64,000 bases of DNA from Candidatus Poribacteria bacterium. Lineage in GTDB: Bacteria > Poribacteria > WGA-4E > PCPOR2b. The notes under the pieces were generated by a model. That model was not told the origin of the DNA. It worked only from the letters and a program-made list of their open reading frames with translations, and ran no database searches. Below, one piece after another: positions 41,257-51,252 of the stretch. A program made the translations under genes and the position numbers. The DNA lies in NCBI GenBank assembly GCA_965208325.1, contig OZ242326.1, forward strand, positions 384,001-448,000, in the 5' to 3' direction. The number at the start of each line of letters is the position of its first letter. Positions within the stretch are counted from its first letter, which is position 1.

Positions 41257-44200
41257 ATGCGGAAATGCCTAAAATTGATGTTATTTTTGGGGATCTTGAT
41301 TTTTTTGCAATCGAACCTGCCGGCCATCGAAGCGCGAAACGAATCCCCAATTGCGGTTGAGCATAATTCTGAAATCACGCCTGGCGAACTCCTGATTCGC
41401 GTGACTCCTGAAGCACAGAAGGACGCCGAGCTGCTGCACGCCAAAGCGGCGATACATAAACTCCACAATCAGATGGGAGTCCAGTCTTTTCGGCGCGTAT
41501 TTCCGTATATTGCCTATCCGAATTTCAATCCGAATTTAGAACATATTTATTTGCTGCGTTTTCAAGTTACGGCAAATCTGCACGCGCTAAAAGCGGCGTA
41601 TGCCGCATCTCCGCTAATTGAGGCGGTCGCATTCAACTATCTCCGCCCGACGCAGGAATCCATAGCGCTGCCCAACGATCCGCTGATTGAGGAGCAGTGG
41701 AATGTACTTCTCACCAATATGCCGGAGGCTTGGCTAATCGAGAAGGGCGATCCGAGTATAGTCATCGCCGTGGTTGACTCGGGAATTGATTATCGACACG
41801 AGGATCTTGCCTCGCAAATTTGGGTCAATCTCGACGAAATCCCCGATAATGGGCTGGACGACGACAATAACGGCTACGTAGACGATATCCGCGGCTGGGA
41901 TTTTACCGATGCGCCAAACGTTGGGGCACAAGGTGATTATTTGGAAGGCGATAACGACCCAATCGATGAAACCGGACACGGTACACACGTCGCCGGTATT
42001 GCCGGCGCGTCAGGAGATAACGGGATTGGTATCGCCGGCGTGGCTTGGAATTGTAAGCTGATGGCTGTTCGTACCGGTCACTCTGTTGCCGGGGTCTCAG
42101 GTTTGCAGGACGATGATTCTTCGGCGGCAATTGTCTATGCTGTTGATAACGGTGCGAGAATTATCAACATGAGCTGGGGCAGCAGTTCAAGTTCGTTTGT
42201 AATTCGAGATGTAATCGATTACGCTTACGCGCGCGGTGTGCTTCTCGTTGCTGCAGCCGGAAATGACTATCAAAATCAGGTCATTTACCCGGCAGGCTAT
42301 CGCAAGGTGATCGCTGTCGCTGCAACCGACCAGAACAAGAGGAGATTTTATCAGTCAAATTTTGGCGCATCCATAGATATCGGCGCTCCAGGCAACGTAA
42401 TATTGAGTACTCAGATAAACAACCAATACCGGCTTCTCACGGGCACGTCCATGGCGGCGCCGCATGTTTGCGGAGCGGCGGCGCTGGTAATGTCGAAGCG
42501 CCCCAGCCTGACGCATGAGGAGGTTCGGAACATCCTCATCACTACATCCGACCCAATTACGGATAGCCCGGAGCTTGTCGGCGCCGGGCATCTGAACGCT
42601 GGGCGGGCGTTGATGGCAAGCGGGTCGCTTCAAGGGCGAATCTTCTCGCCGGAGACCAACAGCGGTGGATCGGACAACATTGAGATAATTGGAACTGCCG
42701 GCGGGTATCGGTTTTCCACATGGCAGTTGATGTATGGAGAATCAAGAACGCCGGATTCATTTGTTCCCATCAATTCACAGAGCAGTCGGCAAAAATCCGG
42801 CGAAACCTTGCTCGAGTGGATTACTTCCGAGGTGCCGGAAGGCATTTATACCCTTCGTCTCGAAGTAACTGGGCGCGATGACAAAAAGGTGCACGATGAG
42901 GTTGTCGTGTCGGTGGACCGAACCGCCCCCGTAGTTCAGAATGTGAAAGTGCGGGAGTTGATTTCTATGGACAGTTATGCCACAGTTATCACTTGGTCGA
43001 CAGATGACTTCACAATCAACACGCTGAGTCAGCGGGCACGCCAAGGACTCGCGCCGTTCTCGCCAATTGAGGAAAACTCGGCGAGCCGGGAACATGTTTT
43101 TTCACTGCCGCTCAGCGCGGGCAGTTACGATTTCTTTATCACCTCTCGCAACGCATCGGGAATTGAGACGGTCGACAACAACGATGGTGATTTCTATAAC
43201 ACCGGCGTAATCGGCGGCACTATTTCGCCGAACGGCTTCATGCAAACGTCGTCTGAGCTTTCCCCAATGCACTTGGCTTCCAACCCGGCGGATTTCGATG
43301 GGGATGGGCGGTTTGAAATCATCGGGATTTCACTGGAGAGTTTGAAAAACCGGACGCTTAAAGGCGTTGAAATTTACGAGCGGCCACATCAACTTCAACA
43401 CGTCGGCAGTACGAATTATAAACCGTGGGAGGTCGGCGACACCGATGGAGATGGGCTGTTGGAAATTTTGGGCAGCACAGATGACCGCACATTTCTAATC
43501 GAGAGCGCAAAGCATGATGGTTATCCGGAAAATGTGATTTGGGAATTCCCTTTTATCTCGTCCGGGCAGATTGCAGACCTTGACGGCGATGGGCGAAAAG
43601 AGATAATTGGACCCGACAACAACAACAATCGCATTCTTATATTTGAAAATCGTGGTAACGACGCCTATGAAGAGGTTATCAGCATTAAGAACAACACACC
43701 CGGAACGAATGCATTTGGAGAAAGGTTTGCTATCGGCGATTTCAACGACAATGGCCGTATGGAATTGATGGTGGGAGACAGTGAAGGCGATTTATTAGTC
43801 TACGAATCCGCGGGAAACGACCTGCTCGTTGAAACGTGGAGGGAAAAAATCGATGCCGAAGATGCGCATCTGCTCGCGGCAGGTGATCTTACGGGGGATG
43901 GAATTCCCGAATTCGTGGTGGGCGGATCGGTATCGCAGGAAAATCTTCCTTCGCTGGCTCCTAACTGGAAATTCCATGTGTTTTCCGCGTTCACTCCTAT
44001 TGATTTCTTAACGTCATCAAATAAACACGGTGATTCACTGTTTCAGTCGATAGCCTCGCAGGAGATCACCCCGTATCTCTTTTACGGTAACAGCATTGCC
44101 ATCGGCGATGTTGACGGCGATGCAGCGAATGAGATTGTGGTTGCGGCGAATCCGAGCATCTATGTGTTCAAGCTGCTCTCGCAAACCACGACTGAGACAG

Positions 44201-45315
44201 GAAAAGGCGTTCTTCCTCCCGTTTCAGACGAAGGTAGGCCGGTTCTCGCCTTAACTCCAGTCTGGTACCATGCCGCCGGAGAAACACCCAGCTTTTTTCT
44301 GGCAGATCTGAATGGCAACGGGTTCAGTGAATTGTATTTTAACGACGAAGAAAATCTCTTGGTATTTGAACATGTACACGCTGGCAACCCAAACGCCGCG
44401 GTTGATGTTCAGCCGTGGGGTTTATCGGCAAATCCGCTGACTGCGCGTGTGGTCCAACTGGAGTGGCACGCACCAGAGGACGCCGCCCGCTTTACAGTGT
44501 ATAGGGCGGTTGGCGCGTCAACAGCGCAACATGCCGACTCGCCCCCCGCCTCTGCGTTTACCGTGGTGGGGCAAGATTTGGATCGCCCGGGTTTTCTTGA
44601 CCGAAACGTTACGAAGGACACAACCTATTGGTATGCAGTCACTGCGTCCAATGAGGAGGGTGTAGAGACTGATAGAACCGAAGCAGTTTCGGTAACGCCG
44701 CGCACGTCCCCAAAGTTGATTAGCGCCGAATATATCCGTTTAAACCAGGTAGTGGTTGTTTTTGATAAACGAATGGGGCCGTCCGCCGGTAATGAAAACC
44801 GCTATCAGTTGCGCGAGCCGGACCAACTTGCCGGCGTCCGTCCAGTTTCAGCAATTAGGGATCGAATGGGGACGCGAACCATCCTTACATTTAGCGATGA
44901 AGACTTAATCCCCGGTCAATCGTATGAGATTTCGGTCGACGGGGAGGTGCAGGACATTGATCGGAATCGAATTGATTTGCGGGCGATAACGCAGGAGATC
45001 GAGATTCCTGTCGAAGCCGAGCCTACCCGCTTAAATGACTTCACGCGCACGATTGTGTATCCCAATCCCATTCAGCCGAACGAGTTTCACAAAAGCGCAG
45101 TCACATTTGATCGCGTGCCTACGGGGACAGAGATTGGGATTTATAATGTGAGCGGAGACCTGCTCGAAAAATTGACTGTGACAGAAATTGACCGTGGACG
45201 CAAGGAGTGGTTGCTATTGAGCGATGGATATTCGGAGGTAACAACCGGGCTTTATATCTACACTATGCAATTTGACGAACTGAAAAAGGTTGGGAAGATA
45301 GCGGTGATAAAATAG
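41257..45315 (+). CDS. secreted S8 subtilase with FG-GAP repeats, FN3/Ig domains and a T9SS-like CTD
   Basis: Catalytic triad AVVDSG / GHGTHVAG / GTSMAAP, DxDGDG repeats, and C-terminal VYPNP...GLYIY...KIAVIK. Start uncertain. Confidence 0.9.
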   Translation: MRKCLKLMLFLGILIFLQSNLPAIEARNESPIAVEHNSEITPGELLIRVTPEAQKDAELLHAKAAIHKLHNQMGVQSFRRVFPYIAYPNFNPNLEHIYLLRFQVTANLHALKAAYAASPLIEAVAFNYLRPTQESIALPNDPLIEEQWNVLLTNMPEAWLIEKGDPSIVIAVVDSGIDYRHEDLASQIWVNLDEIPDNGLDDDNNGYVDDIRGWDFTDAPNVGAQGDYLEGDNDPIDETGHGTHVAGIAGASGDNGIGIAGVAWNCKLMAVRTGHSVAGVSGLQDDDSSAAIVYAVDNGARIINMSWGSSSSSFVIRDVIDYAYARGVLLVAAAGNDYQNQVIYPAGYRKVIAVAATDQNKRRFYQSNFGASIDIGAPGNVILSTQINNQYRLLTGTSMAAPHVCGAAALVMSKRPSLTHEEVRNILITTSDPITDSPELVGAGHLNAGRALMASGSLQGRIFSPETNSGGSDNIEIIGTAGGYRFSTWQLMYGESRTPDSFVPINSQSSRQKSGETLLEWITSEVPEGIYTLRLEVTGRDDKKVHDEVVVSVDRTAPVVQNVKVRELISMDSYATVITWSTDDFTINTLSQRARQGLAPFSPIEENSASREHVFSLPLSAGSYDFFITSRNASGIETVDNNDGDFYNTGVIGGTISPNGFMQTSSELSPMHLASNPADFDGDGRFEIIGISLESLKNRTLKGVEIYERPHQLQHVGSTNYKPWEVGDTDGDGLLEILGSTDDRTFLIESAKHDGYPENVIWEFPFISSGQIADLDGDGRKEIIGPDNNNNRILIFENRGNDAYEEVISIKNNTPGTNAFGERFAIGDFNDNGRMELMVGDSEGDLLVYESAGNDLLVETWREKIDAEDAHLLAAGDLTGDGIPEFVVGGSVSQENLPSLAPNWKFHVFSAFTPIDFLTSSNKHGDSLFQSIASQEITPYLFYGNSIAIGDVDGDAANEIVVAANPSIYVFKLLSQTTTETGKGVLPPVSDEGRPVLALTPVWYHAAGETPSFFLADLNGNGFSELYFNDEENLLVFEHVHAGNPNAAVDVQPWGLSANPLTARVVQLEWHAPEDAARFTVYRAVGASTAQHADSPPASAFTVVGQDLDRPGFLDRNVTKDTTYWYAVTASNEEGVETDRTEAVSVTPRTSPKLISAEYIRLNQVVVVFDKRMGPSAGNENRYQLREPDQLAGVRPVSAIRDRMGTRTILTFSDEDLIPGQSYEISVDGEVQDIDRNRIDLRAITQEIEIPVEAEPTRLNDFTRTIVYPNPIQPNEFHKSAVTFDRVPTGTEIGIYNVSGDLLEKLTVTEIDRGRKEWLLLSDGYSEVTTGLYIYTMQFDELKKVGKIAVIK

Positions 45316-45380
45316 AACCGCCGGAGCTGCGTCAAAAAACACATTTGTAATCACCTACCGCAAATTACAAAGTCGGAAAG

Positions 45381-46223
45381 TCATAGACCCGTTGATACCG
45401 GCTTCGATTCAGGTGATTCGATTTTTTGCAAGGCTTTCGCTGCGCATTCGCGAACGTCATTATCAGTGTCCTTTAACGACCGTGTCAATTCCGGGATGGC
45501 GTCAGAATCGCCAATCACCCCCAGCGCGTTGACGGCATTCCACCGCACCCAATGATGTTCGTCATGCAGCGCCTGCAACAATGCGGGAACTGCAATGGAA
45601 TCTCCGATTTTGCCCAACGCCCCCGCCGCATTCATACGGACATGCTCAACCGGGTCGTTCAATGCCTGAATTAAGGCGGAGATGGCAGTCGTGTTGCCGA
45701 TTTTATATAAGGCGTCACCGGCATTCATGCGGACTCCCTCGTCCGCATCACCCAATGCAGTTACTAAGGCGGGAACTGCGGCGCCATCTCCTATTTGTCC
45801 AAGCGCACCTATGACATTTACCCGCAACGCGGAAGCCTCATCACTCAAAATTTTAACTAAGGCAGCAACTGCTTGACTTGCCGGTTTGCCTATATTTTTC
45901 AATGTTCTTGCCGCGTACGTGCAAACGTCTTTGTCTCTGTCGTTTAACGCCTCGATTAATGCAGGAACTGCCTCTTTAGCATGTACGCCCATCTCGCTCA
46001 TAGTGACTAGCGCGTTTAAGCGAACCTCCTTATCCGGATTATCCAAAGCCTTTATCAATGCTGGAATTTTCTTCACCAACGCTTGTCTCGCTTCGGGGAT
46101 ATCAATTACGCTGCTCAAGACACTCGCAGCGTAAACGCGGACCCTTTGATCGGAATCTCCTAGTTTCTCAATCCATTTCTGAATCATTAAGTATGCTCCT
46201 ACGCTGTATGATTCCAAGTGCAA
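45381..46223 (-). CDS. HEAT (PBS lyase-like) repeat protein
   Basis: Repeated AVPALxxAL.D....VR.NA..ALG.IG. Confidence 0.9.
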   Translation of the reverse strand: MHLESYSVGAYLMIQKWIEKLGDSDQRVRVYAASVLSSVIDIPEARQALVKKIPALIKALDNPDKEVRLNALVTMSEMGVHAKEAVPALIEALNDRDKDVCTYAARTLKNIGKPASQAVAALVKILSDEASALRVNVIGALGQIGDGAAVPALVTALGDADEGVRMNAGDALYKIGNTTAISALIQALNDPVEHVRMNAAGALGKIGDSIAVPALLQALHDEHHWVRWNAVNALGVIGDSDAIPELTRSLKDTDNDVRECAAKALQKIESPESKPVSTGL

Positions 46224-46274
46224 GAAATCACGCCGATCACCGGTTCAAAGTCAAGATGCAGACGGTGTTCAGAG

Positions 46275-48227
46275 TCATTCCACTGCATATTTCAAAATGA
46301 CGCCCCGATCACCAACAATCCAGCCGTTTTCAGCATTAGTCATGGAAATTGAGTTAAGGTTATGTCGGGTTTCGCACCATTGCGGACGCCAGTTTTCGCC
46401 GCCGTCAATGGTGTGAAGAACGATTCCCTCTCCGCCTACGGTCCAACCCTCGTTTTGATTGAGAAAGAAAACATCGTTTAGTGAAGCCTGGATGTAGGAC
46501 TCTTGGCGTACCCATGAATTGCCGCCGTCTGTTGTGCGCAAAATCAACCCCCCGACGCCAACTACCCACCCGGTTAACTGATTTGCAAAATGGACACCCA
46601 GCAACCATACCTCACCGAGATTGGCTTGCAAAGACCATTTTGCCCCGCCGTCCCGTGTATGGAGGATTACCCCGCCCTGACCGACTATCCAGCCATTCTG
46701 CGAATCGGCGAAATGAACCCCAAATAGATGACGATTGACGCCGCTCTGTTGTCGTTCCCAACTCCTTCCGCCGTTTGCCGTATGTAAAATTTCTCCGCTT
46801 TCCCCAACAATCCAGCCCTTTTCGTCATCAATAAAAAAGACACCTAAAAGGTCATTCCTTGATTCAGCCTCCTGCAAAGCCCATGTACTGCCGCCATCAC
46901 TAGTGTGAATAATTGTTCCCCATTCTGCGACCGCCCATCCGAGCCGGTCGTTGATGAAATGGATTGAGCCAAAACATTCCATCGTCCGGCTGTCTTGCGG
47001 ATTCCAACTTCTGCCGCCGTCTTCCGTGTAAAGCACTACCCCGCGATCGCCAACGCCGTATCCGGTTTGGTCGGAGACAAAATGTACGTCCGCCAGGAAG
47101 TAGCTTTGTAATGCCTGAAGCGTCCATGTTTTACCTCCATTCGCCGTGTGGAGGATGGTACCAAATTCGCCGACAGCCCATCCAGTTTGATTATCCACGA
47201 AATGGATACCAAACAGGACACTATCGCCTCCAATATGGGGTGTTGGTCCCCCTCTCTGATGGTTCCATGTATTGCCGCCGTCACTTGTGTGTAAGATTGC
47301 GCCTAAATCTCCGGCAATCCAACCGTGCTGTGAATCCGTAAAGCAGAAGTCATAAAGCGTGAAACTGTGTAAGGGTTCATCACCGGTTTTCAATCGTTGT
47401 CCGTAGACGGTTTCGTGCCGCTTGTTTGAACCGTGTGTGAGATGCTTCCAAGTTTTCCCGCTATCCGTTGTTGCAAGTATTGTGCGTCTGTCACCGACTA
47501 TCCATCCTTTATTGGGATTGGAAAAAAACACATCAGACAACCTATAACGGATTCCTGTATCTTGGAATCGCCAAGTTTTTCCGCCGTCGTTGGTGCGGTA
47601 TGTCAGGCCTTCGTAACTTACCGTCCACCCGTGCTGAGAATCAAGAAAATGAAGTCCACGCAGGGAACTTTCCCCCAGCCCCTGCGCCCGATTCTCCCAA
47701 GTTTCACCGCCGTTTCGAGTATACAGCGCGGTTCCAAAGTCACCTACCGCCCAACCCTCACGCGCCGAGAAAAAGTGGAGATCGAAGAGATTATTGAAAG
47801 TGTTTGACGCTTGTTTATGCCATGTGCCTCCACCATCGCTGGTGTGTAAAATCACCCCGTTGTCGCCGGCGATCCACCCTGTCCGATGATCCACAAAAAG
47901 GACCGATCGTAACGGATGCTGCGTTTTGCTCGCTTGCGGTTTCCAAGTTTCGCCGCCATCTACGGTGTACGCAATTACACTATCAAATTCTTCATCAATT
48001 GTATTGCCTTCGTTGTTGCCGACAGCCCATCCCGTTTTCTCATCAATAAAAAAAACATCATAAAACCGCGTTTCCCAATCCGCGCGTCGAATAATCTTCC
48101 ACCGCCCGGTTTTCTGCCCTTTATTCCTCGAGCATCCAATCGTTCCGAATACGAGGGGCAGTATGATCAGAAGAATCATCCCGCGAATAATATAATGCCT
48201 GACGCATGAGTCTCGAAGGATGTCCAT
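46275..48227 (-). CDS. YCF48/BNR-repeat beta-propeller lipoprotein
   Basis: IGC lipobox and about 14 copies of GW(A/I)VG..G.ILHT.DGG.TW. Confidence 0.9.
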   Translation of the reverse strand: MDILRDSCVRHYIIRGMILLIILPLVFGTIGCSRNKGQKTGRWKIIRRADWETRFYDVFFIDEKTGWAVGNNEGNTIDEEFDSVIAYTVDGGETWKPQASKTQHPLRSVLFVDHRTGWIAGDNGVILHTSDGGGTWHKQASNTFNNLFDLHFFSAREGWAVGDFGTALYTRNGGETWENRAQGLGESSLRGLHFLDSQHGWTVSYEGLTYRTNDGGKTWRFQDTGIRYRLSDVFFSNPNKGWIVGDRRTILATTDSGKTWKHLTHGSNKRHETVYGQRLKTGDEPLHSFTLYDFCFTDSQHGWIAGDLGAILHTSDGGNTWNHQRGGPTPHIGGDSVLFGIHFVDNQTGWAVGEFGTILHTANGGKTWTLQALQSYFLADVHFVSDQTGYGVGDRGVVLYTEDGGRSWNPQDSRTMECFGSIHFINDRLGWAVAEWGTIIHTSDGGSTWALQEAESRNDLLGVFFIDDEKGWIVGESGEILHTANGGRSWERQQSGVNRHLFGVHFADSQNGWIVGQGGVILHTRDGGAKWSLQANLGEVWLLGVHFANQLTGWVVGVGGLILRTTDGGNSWVRQESYIQASLNDVFFLNQNEGWTVGGEGIVLHTIDGGENWRPQWCETRHNLNSISMTNAENGWIVGDRGVILKYAVE

Positions 48228-48287
48228 TTTCTAAACCGAGCGCATAAAATTATAGATTGTGATTCTCACATTTAGTCGGAGCACCAT

Positions 48288-49262
48288 TTACACGCATTGG
48301 TCCAAATCTGCTTTAACCATCATCTCAACGAGTGCTTCAAAGCCAACACTCGGTTTCCAGCCCAATATTCGTTCCGCTTTAGTGTAATCTCCTTGAAGGA
48401 TATTAACTTCCGCGGGCCGGTACAGGTTCTCATCAATTACGACGTAGTCTTCGTAGTTGAGATTAACGTAATCGAAGCATATGCTTACATAGTCTTTGAC
48501 GGAGTGAGTCACCCCGGTAGCGATGACATAGTCATCCGGTGCGGGTTGCTGCAACATAAGCCACATGGCGCTCACATAATCGCCGGCGTATCCCCAATCT
48601 CGTTTAGCCGCTAGGTTCCCCAAGCGTAACTCAGCGGCAAGTCCGCGTTTAATTTTTGCCGCTACGCTGGTTATCTTTCTCGTCACAAACTCGTAGCCTC
48701 GCCGCGGGGATTCATGGTTAAACAGAATCCCGCTGCAGGCGAAGATATCATACGCCTCGCGGTAATTCCGCGTCAAATGAAAGCCGGCTACTTTAGAGAT
48801 TCCATAAGGTGAACGGGGATGGAAGCGAGTATCTTCATTTTGGGGAGTCTCCTCGGCATTTCCGAACATTTCACTCGACGCGGCAAAATAGAACCGGCAC
48901 TCCGGAACATTTTCCTTGATGGCGGACAAGACATAATGCGTTCCGTTAATGTTTGTATTGATCGTGGAGAATTCGTCTTCAAAGGAGTAGCTGACAAAAC
49001 TTTGGGCGGCAAGATGATAACACTCATCCGGCTTCACATCTTCAATCACCCTAAATAAACTCGCGTAGCTCTCCAGGGACGCCGTGTGTAAATTTAATTT
49101 GTCAAGGATATGCTGGATTCGCCGGAGTCTATGTTCAGGATCTTCAAGCGCCACCCGCCTGATTATTCCGTGGACTTCATATCCTTTGGAAAGCAAAAAT
49201 TCGGCGAGGTATGAGCCATCCTGCCCTGTAATACCCGTGATTAACGCCTTTCTCCTTCTCAT
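48288..49262 (-). CDS. gmd: GDP-mannose 4,6-dehydratase
   Basis: ALITGITGQDGSYL, LAAQSFV, SPYGISK, NHESPRRG and RDWG. Confidence 0.95.
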   Translation of the reverse strand: MRRRKALITGITGQDGSYLAEFLLSKGYEVHGIIRRVALEDPEHRLRRIQHILDKLNLHTASLESYASLFRVIEDVKPDECYHLAAQSFVSYSFEDEFSTINTNINGTHYVLSAIKENVPECRFYFAASSEMFGNAEETPQNEDTRFHPRSPYGISKVAGFHLTRNYREAYDIFACSGILFNHESPRRGYEFVTRKITSVAAKIKRGLAAELRLGNLAAKRDWGYAGDYVSAMWLMLQQPAPDDYVIATGVTHSVKDYVSICFDYVNLNYEDYVVIDENLYRPAEVNILQGDYTKAERILGWKPSVGFEALVEMMVKADLDQCV

Positions 49263-49313
49263 GATTCCACCTCTGTTCGATCAGGGACAGCTAGGGATGG
49301 GATTGAGATGTGA

Positions 49314-50150
49314 TTATGGTGATGGGATTAAATTGCCTGTTCCGAACCCGATTTTCAGGCCCCTGGCCATCAGTTCCTGGCAACGGGGACCTCCGTTGGC
49401 AAGCAAGCCATCGCTGTAGATTATGCCGTGCCCTTCGGTAATGCCGTTAAGGTATTGAACAAGCCAATCGTAGTGCTCTCGGTTTTTTTCGGGGGTTGTA
49501 TTCTGGACACAAGTGACTCGGAGGATTCGCCTGCCGGGCCGCGGTTTCAAGGAGGCGTGGTATAACTTGTGATTCATAAAAATCACGTCCCCGGGCTGGT
49601 TCACGAGCGGATATTGGCCCGGCAACTCTGACGCATTGATCCCCAACTGGTTGCTGTGCTGGAAGTTTCCTACTGTATTGACAAGTGCATCCCGAAATTC
49701 TTTAAAATGGCTTCCCGGAATGACTGTTAGGCAGCCATCCTCAGGGCCAAGCGGGTCGAGATAGAGCGCCGCCCGCATACTAAAGAAGCCTTCGGGCGCC
49801 ACGGTATCATGATGCCATGGCGTCCCGCCGCCATAGATTACCGCACTGTGAGCCGCCATGATGTAGTCGCTGCCCATCAGTTGCTCAAACACATCAAGGA
49901 TGCGTGCATCATCCAACAGCGGGTAAAACGCATCGGGGTCAGTGTCAAAGAACGGTATTTCGTCCTGGCTCGCTGTCGAATAACCGTGTTCATCTTGGTT
50001 AAGCACCGGTTCTGGTTTTCCGCCGCGTTGGCGTTCCATCGCCGCATCGAAAGCCTCCGAGAGCGCCTGAATCTCATTGGGTGAAAACAGTTGCCTACAC
50101 TGCAGGAAGCCCAACGTCTGAAAATGGAGTACTTCATCCTCTGTTATCAT
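49314..50150 (-). CDS. PhyH-family dioxygenase
   Basis: WHHD, GCLTVIPGSH and GDVIFMNHKLYHAS. Confidence 0.88.
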   Translation of the reverse strand: MITEDEVLHFQTLGFLQCRQLFSPNEIQALSEAFDAAMERQRGGKPEPVLNQDEHGYSTASQDEIPFFDTDPDAFYPLLDDARILDVFEQLMGSDYIMAAHSAVIYGGGTPWHHDTVAPEGFFSMRAALYLDPLGPEDGCLTVIPGSHFKEFRDALVNTVGNFQHSNQLGINASELPGQYPLVNQPGDVIFMNHKLYHASLKPRPGRRILRVTCVQNTTPEKNREHYDWLVQYLNGITEGHGIIYSDGLLANGGPRCQELMARGLKIGFGTGNLIPSP

Positions 50151-50273
50151 AGTTCTGGTCTCCTTTCTATATCACCACTAAAGAATTGCGGTGCGTTCAA
50201 TCTAAATATCAGTGACTCGGTCTGTTCAATTTATCAACCGATTCTAACACCGCGATGATTTGGTTGGCTTGAT

Positions 50274-51095
50274 TTAGGTCAGGTCTTGTAAGTGGGTGAC
50301 TCGCCCAGTGTTGCCAAATCCCAGTTCAATCGCCCGGTCCAGCATCTTTTTGCGGCGTGGACTTGCAGTCCGAATAAAACGATCGCTATAAAACCTGCCC
50401 CATCCGTTAGTCTCCCCGTTGAGAAAACCCATGAGCCAATCGAAATGTTCGGTGTTCTTTTCGCGAGTCGCATTCTGGGTACAGTTGATATGGATAGCCC
50501 GCCGCCCGGGCTTATCGCTCAACGCGGAGTGAAACGTCTTGTGGTTCATATAAAGCACATCACCCGGTTCGTTGACAAGCGGATAACGGCCGGGTATATC
50601 TTCAGGACCTACCCCCACGTTGTTGATGTTGCTAGCAATCGCGTCGCGGTACTCCTTCATGTGGCTTCCCGGGATGACGTTTAGGCAGCCGTCTTCTGCG
50701 CTAAGGCAATCTAGATAGATTGCCGCCCTCATGCTAAAGATTCCTTCGGGTGCGCAGGCGTCATGATGCCAGCCGCTGCCGCCGGTATGGAGAATTCCTT
50801 CGCTGACGGTAAGGATAAAATCCTCACCCATCAGTTGTACCAGCGGCTCGACGATACGTGCATCGTCCAGGAGCGGGTAGAATGTCTCGGGATCGTAGTC
50901 AAAGAAGGGTACAACCTGTTGTCTGGCTTCACCTGGTTTCGGTTTTGGTGCACCATCCCGCGCCTTTTCCATGGCTGTGTCGAAAGCATCGGAAATTACC
51001 TGCATCTCCTCTTTCGACAGTAGCCCTTTGCACAAGACAAAGCCTAACGTACGAAAATGACGAATCTGTTCCTGAGTCAACATGTTAATCTCCAC
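50274..51095 (-). CDS. PhyH-family dioxygenase (close paralog of 49314-50150)
   Basis: WHHD, GCLNVIPGSH and HKTFHS. Confidence 0.88.
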   Translation of the reverse strand: MEINMLTQEQIRHFRTLGFVLCKGLLSKEEMQVISDAFDTAMEKARDGAPKPKPGEARQQVVPFFDYDPETFYPLLDDARIVEPLVQLMGEDFILTVSEGILHTGGSGWHHDACAPEGIFSMRAAIYLDCLSAEDGCLNVIPGSHMKEYRDAIASNINNVGVGPEDIPGRYPLVNEPGDVLYMNHKTFHSALSDKPGRRAIHINCTQNATREKNTEHFDWLMGFLNGETNGWGRFYSDRFIRTASPRRKKMLDRAIELGFGNTGRVTHLQDLT

Positions 51096-51252
51096 GCGGT
51101 AAAAGTGTCATATCAATTTTTCTTTCGCGATGCAGCAATGCAGATGGCCACTGCAACGGCGAATGCATCTGACGAAATGCAGCTGTCATATTCCATCAAA
51201 ATTGAACCTCTATTTTCGCGTTTTGGACGATTAAAGCACGGTGTTTCTTTGT

